DNA of 64,000 nucleotides from Puniceicoccales bacterium (GTDB lineage: Bacteria; Verrucomicrobiota; Verrucomicrobiia; Opitutales; LL51): the NCBI GenBank assembly GCA_031257405.1, contig JAIROS010000002.1:10512-74511 (forward strand), given 5' to 3'. Shown piece after piece: positions 1-9,057 of this stretch. Under the pieces are notes generated by a model. It was not told the DNA's origin. It did not search any database and saw only the letters and a list, made by a program, of their open reading frames with translations. The translations under genes and the position numbers were made by a program. Within the stretch, counting starts at the first letter, position 1; each line of letters starts with the position of its first letter.

Positions 1-238
1 ACTTAAAATTGGAAATACTCTTTTTGGTTTTTACAATAACGGGCTTTTGACAGCAAATCGCCCCGATATCGCGCTCCACATCGGCAATGAAATTTTTGTC
101 CCAATCGGAACTGATCGCCGCATTGACAACCACTTTTTCCAAATAGGGCACCAAATGCCTATTCCCGTACCCGTGCGCCTTCACCAATTCCGGCGCCACT
201 ACCTCCGAATAATACTTTTTTAAAACCGATTCTTTCAT
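1..238 (-). CDS. rplE: 50S ribosomal protein L5, N-terminal part (gene runs off the window start)
   Basis: Own translation of the minus strand from the ATG at 238..236: MKESVLKKYYSEVVAPELVKAHGYGNRHLVPYLEKVVVNAAI...QKPVIVKTKKSISNFK. This is an L5-type N-terminus and follows L24 as in the spc operon. Confidence 0.85.
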   Translation of the reverse strand, partial: MKESVLKKYYSEVVAPELVKAHGYGNRHLVPYLEKVVVNAAISSDWDKNFIADVERDIGAICCQKPVIVKTKKSISNFK

Positions 239-298
239 TTCACTTCCTTCTGAGATCGAAGTTTTCACAACTCCCAAAAGCTTCTTTTTACATAAAAA

Positions 299-550
299 TT
301 ACTTTAATTTCCTCCGCGCATCGAAAATTTCCGCCCTCATAACATTAGAATAATGGATGCTACTTTCGCGTTCCACCTCGCCGCCCTCGGGATGGCTCTG
401 ATCCTTCTTAATATATTTTTTCCGCAAACCAACGCCTTCGACGATAACCCGACAGGAATCACGCAAAACCTCCAAAACCTTCCCGCGACTACCCCTGTTG
501 GCCCCGGAAATGATAACCACTTCATCATTTTTCTTGACTTTATATTTCAT
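299..550 (-). CDS. rplX: 50S ribosomal protein L24
   Basis: 83-aa ORF with a KOW-type motif ([20 protein letters not shown]). It sits in the conserved slot between L14 and L5, with a 4-nt overlap with rplN. Confidence 0.93.
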   Translation of the reverse strand: MKYKVKKNDEVVIISGANRGSRGKVLEVLRDSCRVIVEGVGLRKKYIKKDQSHPEGGEVERESSIHYSNVMRAEIFDARRKLK

Positions 551-912
551 ATAACCTCCGGCGCTAATGAAATTATTTTCATAAAATTTTTCTGCCGTAA
601 CTCGCGCGCAACAGGCCCAAAAATACGACTGCCTTTCGGATTATTTTTGTCGTCGATAATCACACACGCATTGCGGTCAAAACGTAAATAACTCCCATCT
701 TCGCGAGCAATCGGAGCCGCCGTCCGTACAATCACCGCATGCACAACACTCCCCTTCTTCACCATCGCCTCAGGAATACTCTGCTTAATCGATACCACAA
801 TGACGTCCCCAATGCCCGCCGTGCGCGTGTTCTGCCCCAAACGCCGAATCATCATCGCCTTCTTCGCCCCCGTATTGTCCGCCACATCCAATATACTCTG
901 CTGCTGTAACAT
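547..912 (-). CDS. rplN: 50S ribosomal protein L14
   Basis: 121-aa [21 protein letters not shown] is the near-universal L14 N-terminus. Confidence 0.97.
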   Translation of the reverse strand: MLQQQSILDVADNTGAKKAMMIRRLGQNTRTAGIGDVIVVSIKQSIPEAMVKKGSVVHAVIVRTAAPIAREDGSYLRFDRNACVIIDDKNNPKGSRIFGPVARELRQKNFMKIISLAPEVI

Positions 913-917
913 AAATT

Positions 918-1190
918 TTACCCCGCAACCGGCGTCCTCTCCACAATACTAACCACACGCCAACGCTTCATCTTACTCAGCGGACGCGTCTCCATTATCT
1001 CCACCTTATCTCCAATTAAACACTCATTTTTTTCGTCGTGCACGTGCAAAACCGTCTTACTGCGCACCTCCTTGCGGTAAAGCGCGTGGGGAACTTTGTA
1101 AAAATAAACCACCTTCACACTCTTGTCCCCAGAACGCCCCATCACCACTCCTTGCAAACTTTTCCTGCTTCTTCGCTCCATGCCTAACAT
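918..1190 (-). CDS. rpsQ: 30S ribosomal protein S17
   Basis: 90-aa ORF with the S17 pattern (LQGVV...KSVKVVY...[24 protein letters not shown]). An alternative ATG lies at 1181. Confidence 0.93.
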   Translation of the reverse strand: MLGMERRSRKSLQGVVMGRSGDKSVKVVYFYKVPHALYRKEVRSKTVLHVHDEKNECLIGDKVEIMETRPLSKMKRWRVVSIVERTPVAG

Positions 1191-1195
1191 ACTTT

Positions 1196-1393
1196 TTACT
1201 TATTGCCCACTTGGCAAGCTTTTTGTTTCAAAAATGTTTTCATTCTCGCAATCTGTTTCCTTAAAAAATTAACCATGTGAGACTTATCTAACGCCGCAGA
1301 ACACTTCTTCATGCGTAAATTAAACAAAGTATCCTCCGCCTCTTTTAGATTTTGTAACAATTCTTTTGAAGATTTTTCACAAAAATTTTCCAT
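1196..1393 (-). CDS. rpmC: 50S ribosomal protein L29
   Basis: 65-aa helical ORF (ELLQNLKEAEDTLFNLRMKK) in the conserved slot between L16 and S17. Confidence 0.85.
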   Translation of the reverse strand: MENFCEKSSKELLQNLKEAEDTLFNLRMKKCSAALDKSHMVNFLRKQIARMKTFLKQKACQVGNK

Positions 1394-1394
1394 G

Positions 1395-1823
1395 TCAATA
1401 GCTCTCCAACTCCTCGCGATTCACAAAACGACAGCGAAAAGGGATCTTGAAATCCGCTAAACGAAACGCCTCCCGCGCTAAATTAATCGAAATCCCCGCT
1501 AACTCAAATAAAATAATACCCGGCTTCACCGCCGCCGCCCAGTACTCAACCGCCCCCTTGCCTTTACCCATGCGCGTCTCCGCCGGCTTTTTCGTCACCG
1601 GTATGTGCGGAAAAATTCGAACCCATAACTTCCCCTTCCGCTTGAGATGACGCGAAATCGCTACCCGAGCCGCCTCAATCTGCGCCGCCGACATACTCCC
1701 GCGCCCCAAAGATTGTAAACCACAATCCCCAAAAGCTAAAAAATCACCGCCCCGCGCATCACCACGATTGCGCCCCTTCTGAACCTTTCTGTACCTCGTC
1801 CGCGCCGGAGATAACTTACTCAT
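1395..1823 (-). CDS. rplP: 50S ribosomal protein L16
   Basis: 142-aa ORF with L16 motifs (KVQKGRNRG...FGDCGLQSL...SAAQIEAARVAISRHLKR.GKLWVRIFP..PVTKKPAETRMGKGKG). Confidence 0.96.
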   Translation of the reverse strand: MSKLSPARTRYRKVQKGRNRGDARGGDFLAFGDCGLQSLGRGSMSAAQIEAARVAISRHLKRKGKLWVRIFPHIPVTKKPAETRMGKGKGAVEYWAAAVKPGIILFELAGISINLAREAFRLADFKIPFRCRFVNREELESY

Positions 1824-1843
1824 ATCGCTCCCTCTCTTCCTCC

Positions 1844-2476
1844 CTAAATTTTTATGCCATCATTGCGACAAATCCAACACTTCACACCAATCTTCCCATA
1901 CACTGTGTTAGCCTCGGAAAATCCATAGTCAATATTTTCTTTCAACGTGTGTAACGGCACGCGCCCCTCGTGTAAAAATTCCGCCCGCGCAATCTCCGAC
2001 CCTCCTAGCCGCCCCGCACAACGAATCTTAATGCCGTCCGCCCCTAAAGTCATCGCCGATTGAGCCGCCTTCTTCATCGCCCGACGAAAAGAAATCCGCC
2101 GCTCCAATTGTAAAGAAATGTTCTCCGCCACTAACTGCGCCACCAAATCCGGCTTGCGAATCTCCTGCACGTCAATCAATACCTCCCGCCCAATGAGTGC
2201 CTTCAATTCCCTGCATAAAATATCCAAATCCTGCCCCTTCCGACCAATAACCGCCCCCGGCCGAGATGTAAAAATTTTTACGCGTACCCGCTCCCCAGCC
2301 CGCTCAATGAAAATCTCCGAAAATGACGCAGCCGATAGCCGCCTCTTCAAAAAAACACGAACGTCATAGTCCTCCTTCAAAAATAAAGGATAATTCTTCT
2401 TCGCCGCATACCAACGCGAACTCCAGTTCCGACGTACACTCAAACGCAACCCTATAGGATTTACTTTCTGTCCCAT
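1844..2476 (-). CDS. rpsC: 30S ribosomal protein S3
   Basis: 210-aa ORF. It has the MGQKVNPIGLRL N-terminus and a KH-domain core typical of S3. Confidence 0.97.
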   Translation of the reverse strand: MGQKVNPIGLRLSVRRNWSSRWYAAKKNYPLFLKEDYDVRVFLKRRLSAASFSEIFIERAGERVRVKIFTSRPGAVIGRKGQDLDILCRELKALIGREVLIDVQEIRKPDLVAQLVAENISLQLERRISFRRAMKKAAQSAMTLGADGIKIRCAGRLGGSEIARAEFLHEGRVPLHTLKENIDYGFSEANTVYGKIGVKCWICRNDGIKI

Positions 2477-2485
2477 AATTTATTT

Positions 2486-2815
2486 TTAACAATCCGTTAA
2501 CACTATTTTTATATGGCTGGTGCGCTTCCGAATCGGATGCGCCGAACCGCGCGACGCCGGAATAAATCGCTTAAACGCTACCCCCTGCTCCGCTAAAGCC
2601 TCCTTTACGACCAAAATTTCCGCGTTCATTCCCCGACATACCGCATTGGCAATCGCACTGGATAACGTTTTCCCCACAAGACGCGCCGACTTCCGTGGCA
2701 CAAATTTCAATAACTGCACCGCTTCATTGGCATTCTTACCTACAATAACCCGCGCCACATCCCTTACCTTCTTGTCGGACATGCGCACATACTTCGTTAA
2801 AGCCCTAACTTCCAT
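2486..2815 (-). CDS. rplV: 50S ribosomal protein L22
   Basis: 109-aa ORF (YVRMSDKKVRDVARVIVGKNANEAVQLLKFVPRKSA...RGSAHPIRKRTSHI) in the slot between S19 and S3. Confidence 0.94.
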   Translation of the reverse strand: MEVRALTKYVRMSDKKVRDVARVIVGKNANEAVQLLKFVPRKSARLVGKTLSSAIANAVCRGMNAEILVVKEALAEQGVAFKRFIPASRGSAHPIRKRTSHIKIVLTDC

Positions 2816-2817
2816 CT

Positions 2818-3087
2818 CTATTTCTGCGTGTGAGGATTGTGATTTTTAAACGTACGCGTCGGAGAAAATTCCCCCAACTTGTGCCCGACCATATTCTCCG
2901 TCACATAAATGTCGATAAACGATTTGCCATTGTGGATCTGAAAATTTAACCCGACGAAATCCGGCGTAATCGTCGACCGACGCGACCAAGTCTTAATCGG
3001 CTTGCGACTACTCGCCGCCTGCGCCGCATCAACCTTGTCCATTAAATGCGGGTCTACAAAAAAACCTTTCTTTGCGGAACGTGCCAT
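2818..3087 (-). CDS. rpsS: 30S ribosomal protein S19
   Basis: 89-aa ORF ([15 protein letters not shown]...[16 protein letters not shown]...[25 protein letters not shown]). Confidence 0.96.
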   Translation of the reverse strand: MARSAKKGFFVDPHLMDKVDAAQAASSRKPIKTWSRRSTITPDFVGLNFQIHNGKSFIDIYVTENMVGHKLGEFSPTRTFKNHNPHTQK

Positions 3088-3093
3088 ATATTA

Positions 3094-3939
3094 CTATTTT
3101 TTTACCTTTCTGCCATTTCTTCTCACTAAAATCATGCGATTCGACTGCTGCGAACGCTTGCGCGTCGGGTAACCCTTCGCCAACTGCCCCCACGGAGAAA
3201 CCGGATGGCCACCGCCCGAAGTCCGCCCCTCGCCGCCCCCCATGGGGTGATCAACCGGATTCATAACCACACCGCGTACGCGCGGCCGCCGCCCTAACCA
3301 ACGATTCCGACCCGCCTTCCCAAGGGATTGCTTGCCATGATCGCCATTGCCCACCTGGCCAATCGTCGCCCGACACCTCGCATTAAATAAACGGACCTCC
3401 CCACTCGGCATCTTCAGCGTCGCATAACCGTTGCCAAAAGCTACAATCTGCGCGCCAATCCCCGCACCACGAGCAATCGCCGCACCCTTGCCCGGCTCCA
3501 CCTCAATGCAATGCACAAAAACACCAGCAGGAATGAGCGCTAACGGTAAAGACATGCCCACGGAAAAATCCCGCGGAACAGTATCCAAACTCACTACGCG
3601 ATCGCCAATATTCAAATTGCGCGGCGCTAAAATGTAACGCTTTTCCCCGTCCGCATAATTGAGTAAAGCAATGTCCGCCGAACGATTCGGGTCATACTCG
3701 ATGCGCGCCACAGTAGCCGGAATATCCAATTTATCGCGGAAAAAATCAATCACGCGAATCAGCCGCCGATGCCCGCCGCCCCGCCGACGAGAAGTAATGC
3801 GCCCATAACAATTGCGCCCCTTGCAGCGGTGCTTGCTCACCACCAAAGAATATTCCGGTCCGCCCCGCCACAATTCCCTTTTGTTGAGCGCTAAAAACCG
3901 TTGCGTCGAAGTTTTTGGTCTGCGTTGAATAATCGTCAT
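3094..3939 (-). CDS. rplB: 50S ribosomal protein L2
   Basis: 281-aa ORF with L2 hallmarks (GRNCYGRITSRRRGGGHRRLIRVIDF; MNPVDHPMGGGEGRTSGG). Confidence 0.97.
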   Translation of the reverse strand: MTIIQRRPKTSTQRFLALNKRELWRGGPEYSLVVSKHRCKGRNCYGRITSRRRGGGHRRLIRVIDFFRDKLDIPATVARIEYDPNRSADIALLNYADGEKRYILAPRNLNIGDRVVSLDTVPRDFSVGMSLPLALIPAGVFVHCIEVEPGKGAAIARGAGIGAQIVAFGNGYATLKMPSGEVRLFNARCRATIGQVGNGDHGKQSLGKAGRNRWLGRRPRVRGVVMNPVDHPMGGGEGRTSGGGHPVSPWGQLAKGYPTRKRSQQSNRMILVRRNGRKVKK

Positions 3940-3951
3940 TTTGCCCTCGCC

Positions 3952-4236
3952 TTAAATTATTTCTATTTTATCGCCGTCCTTCAGCGTGACAATGGCTACC
4001 TTCCGCCGTGCCGTACGCCCAAAATGACCACGCCGCATCCTGTTCCGCCGAACTTTTCCATCGCGACGAATCACATTTACCGCCAAAACAGTCACGCCAA
4101 AAGCCAATTCCACCGCTTCCCTAATCGTATTTTTCGTGCCGGAAATTGCAACGTCAAAAACATATTGGTTGCCACTCGCCGCCAATGCCGTGAATTTCTC
4201 CGTGTAACAAATTTTTTTCAAAATTTTTCCTGCCAT
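3952..4236 (-). CDS. rplW: 50S ribosomal protein L23
   Basis: The ORF track gives 3952..4284. The internal ATG at 4236 (MAGKILKKICYTEKF...) gives a normal L23 of about 94 aa starting just after the rplD stop at 4244. Confidence 0.88.
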   Translation of the reverse strand: MAGKILKKICYTEKFTALAASGNQYVFDVAISGTKNTIREAVELAFGVTVLAVNVIRRDGKVRRNRMRRGHFGRTARRKVAIVTLKDGDKIEII

Positions 4237-4243
4237 ATCCGCC

Positions 4244-4864
4244 TCACCTAACGCGCTCCAATAATTGCATAAATCCACTCTCACTCATAAGAAAATGATC
4301 GTAGGACTTCAAATCCAAAGCGTTGACCGATGCCGCATCAATCATAAAAATATGAGCCATGTTCCTCGCCGAATACATCAAAGCATCACTAAAATAAGCA
4401 TCCACTAATAATACGCTCCCAGACGAAAAAATTTTCCCAATAAATGCAGAAAAATCCTTCGTTTTACTGAAATTTTCCGCAAAATGTTCCACAATCGAAA
4501 TCTGTAGCCCGTCGGCACAATCGTAAAGCGCCCGCGCTAAAGCCAATTTTTTTACCTTTTTGTTGACTTTTTTATAATAACTTCGCGGATGAGGCCCAAA
4601 TACAACCCCGCCACCCGGCATCAACGGACTCCGATTCGACCCCTGACGCGCATGCCCCGTCCCCTTCTGCCGAAAAGGCTTTTTTCCTCCTCCACTCACA
4701 TCCCTGCGCGTCTTCGTTGAAGCATCCCCCTGCCGCATATTCGCCTGTATCGCCTCAATCACAAACTTTACCGCCATAATCCCGCGACCTTCTTCAAAAA
4801 TCGGAACACTATAGTCGCGGTCCCCAACTAAATCCCCCTCTCGATTATATATGCTTAATTTCAT
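4244..4864 (-). CDS. rplD: 50S ribosomal protein L4
   Basis: The ORF track gives 4244..5071. L4 homology begins at [11 protein letters not shown] (ATG at 4864, TGATG junction with the rplC stop). Motif: [36 protein letters not shown]. Confidence 0.93.
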   Translation of the reverse strand: MKLSIYNREGDLVGDRDYSVPIFEEGRGIMAVKFVIEAIQANMRQGDASTKTRRDVSGGGKKPFRQKGTGHARQGSNRSPLMPGGGVVFGPHPRSYYKKVNKKVKKLALARALYDCADGLQISIVEHFAENFSKTKDFSAFIGKIFSSGSVLLVDAYFSDALMYSARNMAHIFMIDAASVNALDLKSYDHFLMSESGFMQLLERVR

Positions 4865-5532
4865 CACGCCGCCCTCGCTTGCTTCCCCTTCTTCGCCTTC
4901 CGCAATACCACTAAACCCCCATTGGCCCCCGGTAAATTGCCCTTCAATAACAATAAATTTTTCTCCAAAATCAGCTCGACGATCTCCAAATTCTGTACCG
5001 TGCGCATCACACAACCATCGTGCCCCGGCATCTTGCGCCCCTTGTAAACGTGCCCAGGCCACTGGCGACAACCGTAAGACCCCCCGCGCCGGTGAAACAT
5101 CGACCCGTGCGAAGCCGGCCCACCAGAAAAATTGTGGCGCTTCATAACCCCTTGAAACCCTCGACCCTTCGTCCTCCCAATAACATCAATCCATTCACCA
5201 ATACTAAATATCGAAAAATCAATGGCGTCCCCTACCTTGTACGCACCTAAATCCGTAACGCGAAACTCCCGAAATCCCTCGCAAGTCCCTAAGCCCGCCT
5301 TCCCTAAATGCCCACGCACAGGCTCCGATAAATTAACCTCCTTGCAACGCCCATAAGCCAACTGAACCGCCCCATAACCATCCCTTTCCTCCTCCTTCAA
5401 TTGCGCAACAAAACACGGCACAGCCTCAACAACAGTCACCGGTACGCGGCACCGCTGCCCGTCAAATACCTGCGTCATCCCCACTTTTCTTCCTATAACT
5501 ATCCTCGCATCTCTCATAACTCTAAACGGCAA
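4864..5532 (-). CDS. rplC: 50S ribosomal protein L3
   Basis: 222-aa ORF with the L3 signature ([12 protein letters not shown]...; [26 protein letters not shown]). The true start may be the internal M at 5517. Confidence 0.94.
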   Translation of the reverse strand: MPFRVMRDARIVIGRKVGMTQVFDGQRCRVPVTVVEAVPCFVAQLKEEERDGYGAVQLAYGRCKEVNLSEPVRGHLGKAGLGTCEGFREFRVTDLGAYKVGDAIDFSIFSIGEWIDVIGRTKGRGFQGVMKRHNFSGGPASHGSMFHRRGGSYGCRQWPGHVYKGRKMPGHDGCVMRTVQNLEIVELILEKNLLLLKGNLPGANGGLVVLRKAKKGKQARAA

Positions 5533-5615
5533 ACCAGCTCTCCTATCAAAAATTCCAAATTTAGCTGTTTTCCTTTCTCTTCACCAAAAATAATCTGTCA
5601 AGAATATTCTAAATT

Positions 5616-5921
5616 TTAAATATTAATCAGTATTTCAACCCCGGCCGGCAAATTCAAACGCTTCAACGCATCGATCGTATCCGCCGTCGCCCCATGAATG
5701 TCAATCAAACGGTCGTGCTCACCCAACTCAAATTGATCCATCGCTTTTTTATGGACGTGCGGCGAACGATTTACCGTAAAACGCTCCCGGCGCGTCGGTA
5801 ACGGCACCGGCCCCACTACCCGCGCCCCAGACCGCTTGGCCGTCTCCACAATTTCTACCGCCGATTGATCCACCAAACGATAGTCAAAACTCTTCAATTT
5901 TATCCTAATTCTCTGCGCCAT
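5616..5921 (-). CDS. rpsJ: 30S ribosomal protein S10
   Basis: 101-aa ORF ([20 protein letters not shown]...[26 protein letters not shown]...H.RLIDI). Confidence 0.97.
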   Translation of the reverse strand: MAQRIRIKLKSFDYRLVDQSAVEIVETAKRSGARVVGPVPLPTRRERFTVNRSPHVHKKAMDQFELGEHDRLIDIHGATADTIDALKRLNLPAGVEILINI

Positions 5922-5936
5922 AAAACATTTCCTTCC

Positions 5937-8093
5937 CTACGAACGCGCCGCCGCACGACTCGACGTCTCCACAATTTTCTGTAACAAATTCGCCGGGACC
6001 TGCTCAAAATGCGAGGGTTCCATCGAGTAACTCGCCCGCCCCTTCGTCAAAGAACGTACGTCCGTCGCGTAACCAAACATCATTTCCAACGGAACAAATG
6101 CCGTAATATTCGCCAACGTACCCTTCGTTTCCATGTTCTGAATCTGCCCCCGCCGCCGATTTAAATCGCCCACAACATCACCCTGATACTCCTCCGGCGT
6201 CGCAACCTCTACCTTCATAATCGGCTCCAGTAAAATAGGTGCCGCCTTCCTCATCGCATCCTTAAACGCAAATATACCCGCCATTTTAAACGCCATCTCC
6301 GAAGAATCTACCTCGTGAAAACTGCCATCCACAATGCGCGCACAAAAATCGACCACCGGATACCCAGCCACAACACCATTCGACGCCCCCTCCAATATGC
6401 CATCCTGCGTCGGCTTAATGTACTCCTTCGGAATCACCCCGCCCACTATCTCATTCAAAACCGATACTCCCTCGCCGCGCTGCACCGGCTCTAACTTGAT
6501 TACCGCATGACCATATTGGCCGCGCCCCCCCGATTGGCGTATGAATTTTCCTTCTCCGGTCGCTGATCCCGTAACCGTCTCCCGATAGGCTATCTGCGGC
6601 CGCCCAGATGTCGCATCAACGCTGAATTCCCGAAATAAACGATCGCAAATAATCTCCAAATGTAACTCGCCCATCCCCGCGATCAACGTCTGCCCCGTCT
6701 CCGGATTCGTTACCACCTTAAACGTCGGATCCTCCTCCGCTAAACTTTGTAAACCAAATGCTAATTTTTCCTGATCCGCCTTCGATTTCGGCTCAATGGA
6801 CATACTAATGACCGGCTCCGGGAAAGTCGGCGGCTCCAAAATCCCATCAAACGAACGGTCACAGAGCGTATCGCCCGTCGCTATGCCCCTCACGCCAATA
6901 ATCGCACAAATATCCCCCGAATAGGCAATGTCAATGTCCTCGCGATCATTCGCCTTCATAATCATCAGACGACTCACCCGCTCCGTCTTGCGCGTGCGCG
7001 GATTATAAACCGTGTCGCCTTTCCGCAATTGCCCACTGTATACGCGGCAAAATACCAATTTCCCTACGTAGGGATCGCTCATCAACTTGAATCCCAACGC
7101 CGTCATCTTACCCAAATCATCGGGCCGAATGCCTATTTCACTTCCATCATCCAAAAATGCCCTCGTCGGCGGTAAATCGATCGGCGACGGTAAAAAATCG
7201 ACCACCGCATCCAATAACATCTGTACACCGCGCTTCTTAAACGCACTCCCCGGTATCACACCCACAAAATCCAATGACAATGTCGCTTTTCGCACCGCTA
7301 AACGAATCATGTCCTGCGAAATGGCTTCGCCCCCCAAATACGCCTCCGCTAACCCATCGTCGTAGTCCGCTAGCGCCTCAATCAAAGATTCGCGGTACTC
7401 CTCCGCCTGCTTCCGATAATCCCCGGGAATCTCCACCTCGTCGAACCTCTCTCCCAACGGATCCTTCGCATCATATAAATAGGCCCTCATGGCAATTAAA
7501 TCAATCAGGCCCTCAAATTTGTCTTCCGCACCAATGTTGAGATATAAAGGGTGTGCATTTTTTCCCAGTTTCGTGCGAATATCCTCGACGGCACCCAGAA
7601 AATTCGCCCCCGTGCGGTCCATTTTGTTAATAAACGCAATGCGCGGCACGCCATATTTGTCCATCTGCCGCCAAACGGTCTCCGACTGCGGCTGTACCCC
7701 GGCTACCGCACAAAATACCCCAATCGCACCATCTAAAACCCGCAGCGAACGCTCCACTTCCGCCGTAAAATCGACGTGCCCTGGTGTGTCAATGAGATTA
7801 ATTTGGTGGTTGATCCCAGCAAATAAACCTACCTTCGTCCGCCAACCACAACTAATCGCCGCCGAAGTAATCGTTATGCCGCGCTCCCGCTCCTGCGCCA
7901 TCCAATCCGTTACCGCCGTCCCGTCGTGCACCTCCCCCATCTTGTGCACAACCCCAGCGTAGTACAAAATGCGCTCCGTCGTCGTCGTCTTCCCCGCATC
8001 AATGTGCGCCGCAATCCCTATGTTGCGCGTGTATTCCAACGCCGTCCTGCGATTGGGGGCATTCGCCACCGAAATTTTCCTGTCGACCACCAT
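5937..8093 (-). CDS. fusA: Elongation factor G
   Basis: The ORF track gives 5937..8117 with a TTG start. The ATG at 8093 (MVVDRK...) avoids overlap with rpsG. G-domain motifs: NIGIAAHIDAGKTTTTERILYY and DTPGHVDF. Confidence 0.95.
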   Translation of the reverse strand: MVVDRKISVANAPNRRTALEYTRNIGIAAHIDAGKTTTTERILYYAGVVHKMGEVHDGTAVTDWMAQERERGITITSAAISCGWRTKVGLFAGINHQINLIDTPGHVDFTAEVERSLRVLDGAIGVFCAVAGVQPQSETVWRQMDKYGVPRIAFINKMDRTGANFLGAVEDIRTKLGKNAHPLYLNIGAEDKFEGLIDLIAMRAYLYDAKDPLGERFDEVEIPGDYRKQAEEYRESLIEALADYDDGLAEAYLGGEAISQDMIRLAVRKATLSLDFVGVIPGSAFKKRGVQMLLDAVVDFLPSPIDLPPTRAFLDDGSEIGIRPDDLGKMTALGFKLMSDPYVGKLVFCRVYSGQLRKGDTVYNPRTRKTERVSRLMIMKANDREDIDIAYSGDICAIIGVRGIATGDTLCDRSFDGILEPPTFPEPVISMSIEPKSKADQEKLAFGLQSLAEEDPTFKVVTNPETGQTLIAGMGELHLEIICDRLFREFSVDATSGRPQIAYRETVTGSATGEGKFIRQSGGRGQYGHAVIKLEPVQRGEGVSVLNEIVGGVIPKEYIKPTQDGILEGASNGVVAGYPVVDFCARIVDGSFHEVDSSEMAFKMAGIFAFKDAMRKAAPILLEPIMKVEVATPEEYQGDVVGDLNRRRGQIQNMETKGTLANITAFVPLEMMFGYATDVRSLTKGRASYSMEPSHFEQVPANLLQKIVETSSRAAARS

Positions 8094-8110
8094 CGTCCTT
8101 ACCCCACTCC

Positions 8111-8584
8111 TCACCAAACAAAATGCGCAAATGCCCGATTCGCCTGCGCCATCCGATACATCTCCGCCTTCTTCTTTACCACATTCCCCGTGTTGTTGTA
8201 AGCGTCAATAATCTCCTGCCCTAACGCCTCACGCATCGCCTTCCCCTTGCGCGACTTCGATGCCTCAACTAACCAACGAAAAACTAAGCTCTGCTGCCGA
8301 ATGTACGGCACTTCCACCGGCACCTGGTAAGTCGCTCCACCAACACGCCGACTCTTTACTTCCACCTTCGGCCGAGCATTCTCCAAAACAATCAGTAAAA
8401 GTTCAACGGGATCCCCCTTCGTCAACTCCTCACAAGCCTTCTCCAACGCCCCGTAAACAATCGAACACGCCAAAGAACGCTTCCCGCGCTCCATCACTAT
8501 ACTAATCAACTGCCCAATGAGGGTGCTGTTAAACCGCGGATCCTTTGCAAATTCACGTTTTTCGGCTCTTCTACGACGCGACAT
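8111..8584 (-). CDS. rpsG: 30S ribosomal protein S7
   Basis: 157-aa ORF (MSRRRRAEKRE...DPRFNS.L...GGATYQVPVEV...RAFAHF.W). Confidence 0.96.
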   Translation of the reverse strand: MSRRRRAEKREFAKDPRFNSTLIGQLISIVMERGKRSLACSIVYGALEKACEELTKGDPVELLLIVLENARPKVEVKSRRVGGATYQVPVEVPYIRQQSLVFRWLVEASKSRKGKAMREALGQEIIDAYNNTGNVVKKKAEMYRMAQANRAFAHFVW

Positions 8585-8598
8585 ATCTCCCTCTCAAC

Positions 8599-8982
8599 CT
8601 ATTTTTTCCCCGCCTTCGGCCGCTTCACACCGTACTTCGAACGACTCCTGCGCCGCTTCTCAACCCCAGAACAATCCAACGCACCCCGCACAATGTGATA
8701 GCGTACTCCCGGCAAATCCTTCACACGCCCACCGCGGACCAATACAATGCTGTGCTCCTGCAAACTATGGCCCTCGTCGGGAATGTAGGCAATCACCTCT
8801 ACCCCATTCGTAAGCCGCACCTTCGCTACCTTCCGAATGGCAGAATTCGGCTTTTTGGGCGTACGCGTCATCACCTGTACACATACCCCGCGCCGAAACG
8901 GATTCTCACGTAATGCCGGTGCCTTCGATTTTACATTTACATTGACACGCGGCGTCTTCACTAACTGATTAATAGTAGGCAT
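8599..8982 (-). CDS. rpsL: 30S ribosomal protein S12
   Basis: 127-aa ORF (MPTINQLVK...[51 protein letters not shown]). Confidence 0.98.
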   Translation of the reverse strand: MPTINQLVKTPRVNVNVKSKAPALRENPFRRGVCVQVMTRTPKKPNSAIRKVAKVRLTNGVEVIAYIPDEGHSLQEHSIVLVRGGRVKDLPGVRYHIVRGALDCSGVEKRRRSRSKYGVKRPKAGKK

Positions 8983-9057
8983 CTAAAATTTATAATTTCA
9001 ATTTTTTGCTAAACTACGACTAAACTTCACCAAATCAAGCATTTATTTGAAAAAATA

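Noticed and set aside
4865-5071. N-terminal extensions in the ORF track for rplD, rplW, rpoB (16967..17047), rpsI (38570..38629), tal, nrnA-like, ank4, acpS, cca and the lipoprotein.
   Set aside because: Homology and signal-peptide logic begin at internal start codons that also remove overlaps with the upstream gene. The extensions have atypical composition.
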